A stretch of DNA of 64,000 bases from Gemmatimonadales bacterium. GTDB taxonomy: Bacteria; Gemmatimonadota; Gemmatimonadetes; Gemmatimonadales; JACORV01. Both the position numbers and the translations under genes were made by a program. The notes beneath the pieces are model-generated. The model was not told the DNA's origin. It ran no database searches and saw nothing but the letters and a program-made list of their open reading frames with translations. The stretch is from positions 155,899 through 219,898 of the forward strand of contig DATJUT010000031.1 of NCBI GenBank assembly GCA_035502185.1, written 5' to 3'. Below are positions 1-8,146 of the stretch, one piece after another (position 1 is the first letter of the stretch; each line of letters begins with the position of its first letter).

Positions 1-566
1 TCGTTCACCACGGCCTGTTCTGGAGCGGCCTCGAGCCGCTGGTGGGGCGCCATTACCGGCGTGCGGCGTCGCTCGTGCGCCACGGCATCGCCCTGTACTC
101 GGCGCACCTCCCGCTCGACCGGCACCCGGAGGTCGGCAACAACGTGGTCCTCGCCCGCAAGCTCGGGCTCGAGGTCCGCGGCTGGTTCGGTGAGTACCGC
201 GGCGCCCCGCTGGGCACCTGGGGCGAGCTGGACCTGCCGCGGGAGACCCTGGCGACGCGGCTCGGCGAGATCCTGGGCGGGGCCGTGCGGGTCATTCCGG
301 GCGGGCCGGCACGAGTGCGGCGGGTCGGCATCATCACCGGCAGCGCCGGCTCCATGATCGCGCAGGCCAAACGCGCCGACCTCGACTCCTTCGTCACCGG
401 CGAAGGGCAGCACTGGACCTACTTCGACGCGGAAGAGCTCGGGGTCAACGCGTTCTACGCCGGCCACTACGCGACCGAGACCCTTGGCGTGAGGGCGCTC
501 GCGGAGCACATCGCCGAGCGGTTTCAGCTGCCGTGGTCGTTCGTTGATCATCCGACCGGCCTGTAG
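1..566 (+). CDS. NIF3-family dinuclear metal centre protein (YbgI / GTP cyclohydrolase I type 2 homologue); 5' end cut by the window edge
   Basis: The frame is open from the window edge (VHHGLFWSGLEPLVG...). The HHGLFW and C-terminal GHYATE motifs are typical of NIF3/YbgI. ORF-track 42..566 is the GTG-initiated remainder of this frame. Confidence 0.8.
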   Translation, partial: VHHGLFWSGLEPLVGRHYRRAASLVRHGIALYSAHLPLDRHPEVGNNVVLARKLGLEVRGWFGEYRGAPLGTWGELDLPRETLATRLGEILGGAVRVIPGGPARVRRVGIITGSAGSMIAQAKRADLDSFVTGEGQHWTYFDAEELGVNAFYAGHYATETLGVRALAEHIAERFQLPWSFVDHPTGL

Positions 567-581
567 CCTCGGGCTGGGGCG

Positions 582-1490
582 GTGGGCCGGACCGGTGAGC
601 GGCGGGCCGTGATCGGCCCGCTCATCCGCTCACCCCGCCACCTCCCTCGCAGCACTTCGCTCGTCCCGGGCCGGCGGCGGCGACTCGAGAATCTGGTCAG
701 CCACGCCATCGAGACGCTGGCGGGTCCGTTCGGGATGTGGCGCCTCCAGCGGCTGGCCGTGGAGCGCCACGACGTCGCCCTTCGCGGCCTCGCTCGCTCG
801 TTCGACGGCTACCGCATCGCCTTCCTGACGGACCTGCACTACTCGGCCGTCGTGCCGAAATGGTGGATCGCGAAGGCCGTTGCCGCGGGGCTCGCGCTGC
901 AGCCCGATCTGATCCTGCTCGGAGGAGACTACCTGTCGCACAGCCCGCGCTACGCATCCGGACTGACCGAGCTGCTGCGACCGCTCTCGGCGCCCGACGG
1001 CGTCTTCGGCGTGCTGGGCAACCACGATCACTACGTCGGGGCCGAGCTGGTGCGCCGGGCCGTCGGCGAGGCCGGGGTAGTCGAGCTCCGCAACGCATCG
1101 GTGCGTGTCAGGCGCGGGGTGGACGAATTCGCCGTGGCGGGCGTCGGCGACCTGCGCTTCGACGTCATCGACTTCACGGCGGCGCTCGCGGGCGTTCCGG
1201 ACGAGATGCCACGCGTCGTCGTGTCCCACGACCCGGACGTGTTCGCGTTCTGGCCCGCTGACCTGCGCCTCGACCTGATGCTTTCGGGCCATACCCACGG
1301 CGGCCAGGCGCACCTCCCGTGGCTGGGGCCCCCGTACGTGCCCTCGCAGTTCGGATACCGCTACCTGGCCGGGGCGATCCGCGAGGGGGCTCGCGAGCTG
1401 TGCGTCTCGCGCGGCATCGGGGCCATCACGGCGCCGTTCCGGTGGCGCTGTCCGCCGGAGGTCACGCTGCTGGTGCTGCACCCCTCTTGA
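582..1490 (+). CDS. Calcineurin-like metallophosphoesterase (YaeI-type)
   Basis: Metallophosphoesterase motifs are present in order: DLHY, GGDY, GNHDHY, SGHTHGGQ. The internal ATG at 735 (MWRLQRL...) is an equally plausible start. Confidence 0.85.
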   Translation: MGRTGERRAVIGPLIRSPRHLPRSTSLVPGRRRRLENLVSHAIETLAGPFGMWRLQRLAVERHDVALRGLARSFDGYRIAFLTDLHYSAVVPKWWIAKAVAAGLALQPDLILLGGDYLSHSPRYASGLTELLRPLSAPDGVFGVLGNHDHYVGAELVRRAVGEAGVVELRNASVRVRRGVDEFAVAGVGDLRFDVIDFTAALAGVPDEMPRVVVSHDPDVFAFWPADLRLDLMLSGHTHGGQAHLPWLGPPYVPSQFGYRYLAGAIREGARELCVSRGIGAITAPFRWRCPPEVTLLVLHPS

Positions 1491-1509
1491 CACGGCGGGC
1501 CCATAGTGC

Positions 1510-1527
1510 CACTGTATCGGTACAGTG
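1510..1527. promoter_or_regulatory. Inverted repeat CACTGTA-tcgg-TACAGTG, a candidate operator for the adjacent GntR/YtrA regulator
   Basis: 7-bp arms at 1510-1516 and 1521-1527, read directly from the sequence. A TTGACA (-35-like) lies at 1487-1492. The repeat overlaps the first possible start codon of the GntR gene (GTG 1525). Confidence 0.4.
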
Positions 1528-1926
1528 ATACAGGTGGCGGGGGCCGTGTTCCGGCACATCGATCCACGCAGTCCCGTTCCGCTCTACGCGCAGATCGCCG
1601 ATCGCATCCGCATCGCGATCGCGACCGGGGACCTCGCGCCGGGGGCGGCGCTCCCCTCGGTCCGGCAGCTGGCGTCGCAGCTGCGGGTGAACCCCGCCAC
1701 CGTCGTGCAGGCCTATCGCGAGCTGGAGGACGCGGCCGTGGTCGAGAGCCGGCAGGGAGCGGGCACGTTCGTCCGGGAGCTGGGACAGCCCAGGCGCGAA
1801 GCGGAGCGGCAACGGGAGGCCCGGCGGCTGGTGCGGCGGCTGCTGCACGAGGCGTCCGTGGTTGGCGTGACCAAGGAGGACATGGAGCACGCGCTCAGAG
1901 TCGAGATGAGGTTGCGGCTAGCATGA
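1525..1926 (+). CDS. GntR-family (YtrA-subfamily-like) transcriptional regulator
   Basis: Winged-HTH signature PLYAQIADRIRIAIATGDLAPGAALPSVRQLASQLRVNPATVVQAYRELE. The protein is short (133 aa). Its stop overlaps the ABC ATPase start (ATGA at 1923-1926). The true start may be GTG 1546 (FRHIDPRSPVPLY). Confidence 0.85.
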   Translation: MIQVAGAVFRHIDPRSPVPLYAQIADRIRIAIATGDLAPGAALPSVRQLASQLRVNPATVVQAYRELEDAAVVESRQGAGTFVRELGQPRREAERQREARRLVRRLLHEASVVGVTKEDMEHALRVEMRLRLA

Positions 1927-2816
1927 ACTACGCCATCGAGACCTCGGGGCTGGAGTACCGGGCCAGCAGGCGCTTCGAGATCCGGGACCTGAATCTCAGG
2001 GTGCGGTCGGGAGCCATCTACGGCTTCCTCGGACCCAATGGCTCGGGGAAGACGACGACGATTCGCCTGCTCCTCGGCATGTTGCGGGCCCAGCGGGGCG
2101 CGATCACGGTGCTGGGGCGGCAGGTTCCCGGGGAGATGGCGCGCATCTTGGCGGAGACGGGATACGTGCCCGAGCGTCCGCATCTGTATCCATACCTGTC
2201 CCTCGAAGAGGCCATCCACTTCCACGCGGCGTTCTATCCCGGCTTCGACGTCGCGTACGCGGCGGAGCTGCGCCAGGGCTTCGGCCTGCCGCTGGATCAG
2301 AAGCTCGCGAAGCTCTCCAAGGGAGAGATGGGGAAACTGCACATCCTGCTCGTGCTCGCGCAGCGGCCGCGGCTGCTGGTGCTGGACGAACCCACCGACG
2401 GACTCGATCCGGTGGTGCGACGGGACGTGCTGGCGGCGCTGCTCGATTTCTGCTCGCAAGGCACGGCCACGGTCTTCATCTCCAGCCATCTGGTCCACGA
2501 GCTGGAACGCATCTGCGACTGGGTAGGGGTTCTCGACGACGGTAAGCTGGTGGTGGAGCTGCCCATGCAGAGCTTCAAGAATGGCATCAAGCGTATCCGG
2601 ATCTCCAATCCTCCGAGCCTGATCGGCGACACGCCGTTCGTGCTGCTGCAGCGAGAGATGGCCGGAACGGAGCAGGTGTGGGTCGTGCGCGGCTGGCAAC
2701 CGCCGATGGTGCAGTGGTTCGAGGGCGCGGGCGCGGGTGTCCGCGAGATCGTAGACCTGGACCTCGAAGAGGGGTTCGTCGAGCTGCTGCGCTCGTCGCG
2801 CGGCTCGAGGTTCTGA
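1923..2816 (+). CDS. ABC transporter ATP-binding protein
   Basis: Walker A GPNGSGKTT, ABC signature LSKGEMGK, Walker B LLVLDEPTDGLD, and H-loop SSH. ATG at 1923 lies inside the long ORF 1506..2816. Confidence 0.95.
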   Translation: MNYAIETSGLEYRASRRFEIRDLNLRVRSGAIYGFLGPNGSGKTTTIRLLLGMLRAQRGAITVLGRQVPGEMARILAETGYVPERPHLYPYLSLEEAIHFHAAFYPGFDVAYAAELRQGFGLPLDQKLAKLSKGEMGKLHILLVLAQRPRLLVLDEPTDGLDPVVRRDVLAALLDFCSQGTATVFISSHLVHELERICDWVGVLDDGKLVVELPMQSFKNGIKRIRISNPPSLIGDTPFVLLQREMAGTEQVWVVRGWQPPMVQWFEGAGAGVREIVDLDLEEGFVELLRSSRGSRF

Positions 2817-2831
2817 AGCAAGGGGCGCCGA

Positions 2832-3491
2832 ATGTACACCCAGGTACTCAAGGCCCAGTGGCTCACCGCGCGGACGGCGGTGATGTTGTTGGTGGTGCTC
2901 GCGTTCGCGCTGCCGCTGCTGGTCGTGACGTACGGCGGCAACCTCGAGGGGGCGCCAAGCGGCCGGGTCGCGACCTGGCTGTTTGCCGCGCAGAGGATCG
3001 GTGTGCTGATTCCCGGCCTAGCCCTGCTGCTCGGCCTGCTACTGGGTCTTGGCGCTTGGGCGCCCGACCACGCGGGGAATCACGTGTACGCGCTGTCGCT
3101 GCCCGTGCCGCGGGGCATGTACGTGCTGCTGCGTTTCGCCGCCGGCGCCACGCTGCTCGCCGTGCCCGTGGCCGCCTTGGGAATCGGCGCCGCCGTGGCG
3201 GTCGCATCCGTGAAGCTTCCCAGCGGCGTGCACGCCTATCCGTTGGAGTTGACGGCCCGGTTCGCCCTCGCCGCGCTGGTCTGCTATGCGATCTTCTTCG
3301 CCATCTCCATCGCGACTCGGCGCGCGGTCCTCGCCACGCTGGGTGTGGTGTGCGGCATCCTGCTCGCCGACCTGCTCCTCGTGGCGCTCGGAGTCGAAAG
3401 CTCGGTCACCCAGAGCGTGTTCTACCTCCTCACCACCTGGCCGGGGCCGCTCAGCATCCTGATGGGGCGGTGGGCGCTGTTCGATGTGTAG
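2832..3491 (+). CDS. Polytopic membrane protein, possible permease partner of the ABC ATPase
   Basis: 219 aa with about 6 hydrophobic helices, directly downstream of the ATPase. No catalytic motif was recognised. Confidence 0.6.
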   Translation: MYTQVLKAQWLTARTAVMLLVVLAFALPLLVVTYGGNLEGAPSGRVATWLFAAQRIGVLIPGLALLLGLLLGLGAWAPDHAGNHVYALSLPVPRGMYVLLRFAAGATLLAVPVAALGIGAAVAVASVKLPSGVHAYPLELTARFALAALVCYAIFFAISIATRRAVLATLGVVCGILLADLLLVALGVESSVTQSVFYLLTTWPGPLSILMGRWALFDV

Positions 3492-4593
3492 ACGCGCCGT
3501 CGTCTGGCTTGCCCTCGCCACGCTCGGCGGCGCTTCCGCGGCGCGTACTCAGGGTGTCCCGCGCAAGGACCACGGCGCGCGGGGACTGCTGGCTCGCGCC
3601 GAATCGCTCCTCGCTGACGCCAGGCGCGCGGACTCGGCCGACCGGTGGCGGGCGCAGGAGCAACGGCGGGCCCGACGTTTCGACGCGGGCGATGTGACAC
3701 TGCTGCTGCCGGGAACGGTGGGCCGGGCGGCCGGGCGGGTGGTCGTGGCCAGTGCGGCGGCGTATCTCAACGATCTCGGCGCGGTTCCCGAGGTGTTCCT
3801 CCGCCGACACGTGCTGGTCACACTGCTCGCCACGGACGTGGACGTCACGCTGAAGACGGAAGGGCTCCTCGGTCGCGCCACAATCGGGATCGATCTCCCG
3901 CTCGTTCCCGACACGCTCGTAGCCGGTTGGAGCGTGGCGGCCGCCGTCGTGCGCGCGTACGAGGGCACGCTCGATCGCGCATGGCAGGACTGGCTGCCGA
4001 CGGATCTGAGCCTCGGGTGGCGCGTGGCAGCGGACGGGCCGGCGGCGGTGCGCGCGCTGATGGAAGGAGACACCCGTGCGGGGGCGAAATGCCTGGAAGG
4101 CGAGGTGGCGCGATGTCGGTTGTGGCTCGGGCTTGATGACGATCCTGACCCATTCCAGGCTCGGTACGAGCCGGGCGAAATCCGGCACCTCGTCGCTCAG
4201 CGCGAGTGGTTCTACGAACCGGAGCGGGCGGACGCGGAGCAGTGCGTCGCCGGATCCGACGACGCCTGCCTGCGCTTCGCTGAGGGCACGCGGTTCGTGC
4301 CCCGCATCCCTGCGGGCGCGGCGGCGCGGCGCAGTCTGTTGCGGGCCGTGCGTGCGCTCCACGGTCCCGACGCGCTCCTTCGGGCGCTCGCCGACACATC
4401 CGGCTCGCTGGGCCAGCGCCTGGCGCGGGTCGCGCGAGTCCCGGAGGACTCCATGGTCGCCGAGTGGCGTTCGTGGGTGATGACGGAGGGAGGCCAGGCG
4501 CGCGTGACCGCCGGCGTCGGCGATGCGCTCCCCGTCCTGGCGTTTGTGGGCCTGCTGTTGCTGGCTGCGACTAGGGGTGGCCGGTGGCGCTGA
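3484..4593 (+). CDS. Hypothetical exported protein with a C-terminal membrane anchor (paralogue 1)
   Basis: Signal-like N-terminus MCRRAVVWLALATLGGASAA and C-terminal TM ALPVLAFVGLLLLAATRGGRWR. The start overlaps the upstream stop (ATGTGTAG). It shares a C-L-[EQ]-G-x4-C-x-L-x-GL block with the next gene. Confidence 0.6.
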   Translation: MCRRAVVWLALATLGGASAARTQGVPRKDHGARGLLARAESLLADARRADSADRWRAQEQRRARRFDAGDVTLLLPGTVGRAAGRVVVASAAAYLNDLGAVPEVFLRRHVLVTLLATDVDVTLKTEGLLGRATIGIDLPLVPDTLVAGWSVAAAVVRAYEGTLDRAWQDWLPTDLSLGWRVAADGPAAVRALMEGDTRAGAKCLEGEVARCRLWLGLDDDPDPFQARYEPGEIRHLVAQREWFYEPERADAEQCVAGSDDACLRFAEGTRFVPRIPAGAAARRSLLRAVRALHGPDALLRALADTSGSLGQRLARVARVPEDSMVAEWRSWVMTEGGQARVTAGVGDALPVLAFVGLLLLAATRGGRWR

Positions 4594-5771
4594 GCCGAAT
4601 GCCCTGGCTCTGGGCCCCGCTCGTCGCCCTGCTCGTCATTAGCGCGGCGCTTCTGCCGCCGCGGGAACCGTCCGAGGGCGGTGGCTTGGCGGTCGCGTTG
4701 GGCCTCGCCGAACGGGCCACGCCGGCCACCGGGGAGCGCTATGCCATAAGGGCGCTCCAGGAGGCGATCGCGAGGCAGAAGGACGAACTCGAGTACAACC
4801 GTCTCGGCGACTCCCTGCGCGCGGCGGCGCGGGGCCCGCGGGCCGTGCACAGTGCGGACGGCTCCTTGACCGTGCTGTTCGAGACGCCCGTGGGCGCGGA
4901 TAGCGCACGCGTATGGCTGCACGCGGCGGCCGGCGAGCTCGGCCTGTATCCGAGCATCGGCGCGGGCGGGATCCCGGTGATCGTCGCACTGTACTCGAAT
5001 CCGGCAAGACGCCGCGGGCAGGGGAACAACTACGAATGGTGGACCCTGCGATCGCGCGAGTATGCCCGCGAGCAAGGGGACCCCTGCGTCGTGGAGGTCA
5101 ACCTGCTTTCGCGCAGGGACTTCGGCTACCGCCAGCTCATCGCGCGGGATGCTGCGGGCGCGCCGATCGGGCGGTTCCTGGACGAATGCGCGTTGTACGC
5201 GAGGTTCGGCGTTCCCGGCGGCGCGGTGCGACGTTGGCTCGCAGGGCGTCCCTGGTGGTGGTGGGGAAGGGAGCCTCTCGCGGTCCGGATGCAGGAGGCC
5301 GGGCGGACCATCAAGCCGGTCACCATCCAGCGTGCCTTCGACGTCACGGCTCAGCCTTGGATGGCCAGCGACCCGTGGAGGGAGATCGGTTGCCTCCAGG
5401 GCGCGGCGCCACTGTGCAGCCGGCTGGCTGGGCTTTCGAGCCTTTCGTCGGCGGGGGACGAACGCTTCTACTTTTACGGCAGCCAGTACTACACGCACGG
5501 CGAACTGCTGGCGTACCTGCTCAAGACGGGGTCGCCGGCCGCGTTTGCCGCGTTTTGGCGATCGCCGCTGCCCACAGGCCGGGCGCTCGAACAAGCCTAC
5601 GGCGAGCCGGCCGGGGAGCTCGCAAGGGAGGCGTTTTCCCACTGGTTCAGCGCGTCCGAGGCTGGCGGACCGAGCGTGGGCGACCGCGCCGTCGCCGGCG
5701 GTCTGGTCTGGGTCGCGGTAGCGCTCGCCATCGCGCTGGTCGCCGGCCGGCGCTGGAAGGTGGCCGGCTAG
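4584..5771 (+). CDS. Hypothetical exported protein with a C-terminal membrane anchor (paralogue 2)
   Basis: N-terminal hydrophobic segment PWLWAPLVALLVISAALL and C-terminal TM GGLVWVAVALAIALVAGRRWK. The block GCLQGAAPLCSRLAGL parallels KCLEGEVARCRLWLGL in the previous gene. The start overlaps the previous stop. Confidence 0.6.
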   Translation: MALSRMPWLWAPLVALLVISAALLPPREPSEGGGLAVALGLAERATPATGERYAIRALQEAIARQKDELEYNRLGDSLRAAARGPRAVHSADGSLTVLFETPVGADSARVWLHAAAGELGLYPSIGAGGIPVIVALYSNPARRRGQGNNYEWWTLRSREYAREQGDPCVVEVNLLSRRDFGYRQLIARDAAGAPIGRFLDECALYARFGVPGGAVRRWLAGRPWWWWGREPLAVRMQEAGRTIKPVTIQRAFDVTAQPWMASDPWREIGCLQGAAPLCSRLAGLSSLSSAGDERFYFYGSQYYTHGELLAYLLKTGSPAAFAAFWRSPLPTGRALEQAYGEPAGELAREAFSHWFSASEAGGPSVGDRAVAGGLVWVAVALAIALVAGRRWKVAG

Positions 5772-6052
5772 GCCTGGTCGAGCGGCACCACGAACCTGAC
5801 GATGATCCGCTCGCGGGACTGCGGGCTCACGGTGCAGAACGACTTCCCACCGAGCAACCGCTTCACGCCGTTGACCTCCGCCTCCCCGATGCTGGGCACG
5901 TCGCGGAACGTGATCTCCAGCGTCTGGCCCGCCGTGAGCTGATAGCGCACGGGTCGGCCCTGGAGCCGATGGTACGGATCCACCTTCGCCAGGCCCGCCC
6001 CGAGCGCCTGCTTGATGGCGGCGGCTCGCTCCGAGGCGGCCAGGCTCCTCAC
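5768..6052 (-). CDS. Small hypothetical protein (94 aa), translationally coupled to queG
   Basis: GTG at 6052-6050 overlaps the queG TGA (6051-6049) as GTGA. Sequence VRSLAASERAAAIKQALG...ITFRDVPSIGEAEVNGVKRLLGG...IIVRFVVPLDQA has non-shadow-like composition. No family was recognised. Confidence 0.45.
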   Translation of the reverse strand: MRSLAASERAAAIKQALGAGLAKVDPYHRLQGRPVRYQLTAGQTLEITFRDVPSIGEAEVNGVKRLLGGKSFCTVSPQSRERIIVRFVVPLDQA

Positions 6053-7014
6053 GCCGCCGGGCACCCGTCCTCCGGGCGGCGCTCGCCGTTCTCGGTGACC
6101 ACTGCGGCGTTGCGGGTCAGGCCCGAGCGGCCGGCACGCATCAGCGCCGACGCGCCGAAGGCGTCCTCGAACTGCTGTTCCGACATCGTGGCGATGTCCT
6201 GCAGGGCCGGCCATTCGGTCGCGGGACGCGCGCGGTATCTGGTTTCCGCCGTCTCGCGCGCGAACCGCACGTTCCAGGGACAGACGTCCTGGCACACGTC
6301 GCAGCCGAACAGCCAGTCTCCGAGCGATGGCTTCAGTGCCTCGGGCACCGGTCCCCGGGCTTCGATGGTGAGATAGGAAATGCAGCGGGTCGCGTCGAGC
6401 ACCCGAGGCTCGGGGAACGCCCCGGTCGGACACGCCTCGAGGCAGCGCCGGCAGGTGCCGCACCGGTCGGCCTCGAACGGGGGGTCGACGGCCAAGACGA
6501 GATCGGTCAGCAGCACGCCGACGAACGTGAAGGAGCCGAGTCGAGGGTGGATCAGCATCGTGTTCTTCCCGACCCACCCCAGGCCTGCGCGCCGCGCGAG
6601 CTCGCGCTCCGGCAGCGGGCCCGCATCCGCGAAGGCCCGGAATCGGCCGGTCCCGGCGGCGTCCACGAGACGCGCGCCGAGGTGCTCGAGGTTGACCCGC
6701 ATCACCGCGTGGTAGTCGTCGCCGAGGGCGTAGCGCGCGACGCGGCCGCGCCCCGGGGCGGGCGCGGCGTCTTCCTGCCAGTAGTTGTGGAGCACCACCA
6801 CGGCGGAGCGAGCGTCGGGCCAGGTGCGTGCTGGTTCCCGCCGGATCGGGGCCTGTCGCTCCAGGTATCGCATCTCACCCTGATACCCGCTCGCCAGCCA
6901 GCGATCGAACGCGGCCGCGGCCGCCGACGGGCCCAGGTCCGTGACTCCACAGGCGTCGAAGCCGATCTCGCGGGCCATCGCCCTGGCGGCGGCGGCGAGC
7001 GCGGTGGGCGTCAC
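6049..7014 (-). CDS. queG: Epoxyqueuosine reductase
   Basis: Two 4Fe-4S ferredoxin motifs (CGTCRRCLEACPTGAF and CDVCQDVCPWN), plus the GEMRYLERQ and VVLHNYW regions typical of QueG. The start is set to GTG 7014, which overlaps the upstream stop (GTGA). The ORF track extends to 7110. Confidence 0.9.
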   Translation of the reverse strand: MTPTALAAAARAMAREIGFDACGVTDLGPSAAAAAFDRWLASGYQGEMRYLERQAPIRREPARTWPDARSAVVVLHNYWQEDAAPAPGRGRVARYALGDDYHAVMRVNLEHLGARLVDAAGTGRFRAFADAGPLPERELARRAGLGWVGKNTMLIHPRLGSFTFVGVLLTDLVLAVDPPFEADRCGTCRRCLEACPTGAFPEPRVLDATRCISYLTIEARGPVPEALKPSLGDWLFGCDVCQDVCPWNVRFARETAETRYRARPATEWPALQDIATMSEQQFEDAFGASALMRAGRSGLTRNAAVVTENGERRPEDGCPAA

Positions 7015-7268
7015 GGCGCCAGCAGCTCCCGACGCCAGCGGGCCACGCGCAGCACGTCCTCGACGGGAGGAATCGCTCGTTCGTCCCCGTAGGCGGTCAG
7101 CATTCGCCACCGGACGTACTCTGGCGGCGGCAGCGGCAGGAACGGCGGCTCCCGGTACCAGCGACGCCGACGCATCGACCAGGCGAGGGCAGCGAGGTCT
7201 CGCGCCACGCGCGGGTTGACGACGGCCCTCCCGATGAGGGCGAGCGACAGGGTGCGCCAGGTGCGCAT
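7011..7268 (-). CDS. Small hypothetical protein (85 aa) upstream of queG
   Basis: ATG at 7268 is preceded by an AAAGGAAAA RBS-like stretch. Sequence: MRTWRTLSLALIGRAVV...WYREPPFLPLPPPEYVRWRMLTAYGDE. The stop is coupled to the queG start. No family was recognised. Confidence 0.5.
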   Translation of the reverse strand: MRTWRTLSLALIGRAVVNPRVARDLAALAWSMRRRRWYREPPFLPLPPPEYVRWRMLTAYGDERAIPPVEDVLRVARWRRELLAP

Positions 7269-7275
7269 TTTTCCT

Positions 7276-7304
7276 TTGTGCCCCCCAAGGGGAATCTGTA
7301 TATT
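7276..7304 (+). promoter_or_regulatory. Sigma70-like promoter candidate TTGTGC-17 nt-TATATT upstream of the LOG-family gene
   Basis: TTGTGC at 7276-7281, a 17-nt spacer, and TATATT at 7299-7304, in an unusually AT-rich intergenic patch. AGAGGG (RBS) lies 6 nt upstream of ATG 7337. Confidence 0.4.
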
Positions 7305-7336
7305 CGCACGCTCACCCCGTGGCAAGAGGGCTCCCG

Positions 7337-8116
7337 ATGTCATCAGACGGTGATGCTCGAAGCGGACCGAGGCGCCTCGGGCCGACCGAGGACGAGCGTC
7401 TCTTCAGCGTCCCGCATCCGACCGAACGCAGGCGCGAGTTCGTGTCGTCCGATCCGTGGCGCGTGCTGCGGATCATGGGCGAGTTCGTCGAGGGGTTCGA
7501 CACGCTCGCCGGGGTATACTCGGGCGTGACCTTCTTCGGCTCCGCCCGCACCAAGCCCGACGATCCGCACTACCGCGCCGCGACGGAGACGGCGCGCCGG
7601 TTCGCCGGCGCGGGCTTCTCGATCATCACCGGCGGCGGACCGGGGATCATGGAAGCGGCCAACCGGGGCGCCCAGGAAGGCGGCGGCCCGTCGCTCGGGC
7701 TCAACATCGAGCTGCCGTTCGAGCAGGGCACCAATCCGTTCGTCGATACGGCGATGCACTTCCGCTACTTCTTCGTTCGCAAGACGATGTTCGTGAAGTA
7801 CTCCATCGGGTTCGTGGTCTTCCCCGGCGGGTACGGCACGCTCGATGAGCTGTTCGAGGCCCTGACGCTCATTCAGACGGGGAAGATCAAGCACTTCCCG
7901 GTGGTCCTGTTCGGCGTCGACTACTGGCGCGGCCTGGTGGACTGGCTGCGTGGCACGGCGGCCGCGCGGGGCACGATCGACCTGCGGGACCTCGACATCT
8001 TCCACCTGACGGACGATCCCGCCGTGGCCGTGGACGTGGTGACGCGCGCCCGTGAGTCCCTGCTCGCCCAGCGGACGGAGCCGATCGGGGGCCGATCCGT
8101 GGACGGACTCTTCTAG
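7337..8116 (+). CDS. LOG-family (TIGR00730) nucleotide phosphoribohydrolase / lysine-decarboxylase-like protein
   Basis: GGGPGIMEAANRGA and PGGYGTLDELFE (PGGxGTxxE) motifs. ATG 7337 has an RBS and is preferred over the ORF-track GTG 7319. Confidence 0.9.
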   Translation: MSSDGDARSGPRRLGPTEDERLFSVPHPTERRREFVSSDPWRVLRIMGEFVEGFDTLAGVYSGVTFFGSARTKPDDPHYRAATETARRFAGAGFSIITGGGPGIMEAANRGAQEGGGPSLGLNIELPFEQGTNPFVDTAMHFRYFFVRKTMFVKYSIGFVVFPGGYGTLDELFEALTLIQTGKIKHFPVVLFGVDYWRGLVDWLRGTAAARGTIDLRDLDIFHLTDDPAVAVDVVTRARESLLAQRTEPIGGRSVDGLF

Positions 8117-8146
8117 GCGAGTGCGCCGGCGCGGGGGCGTGACCCG

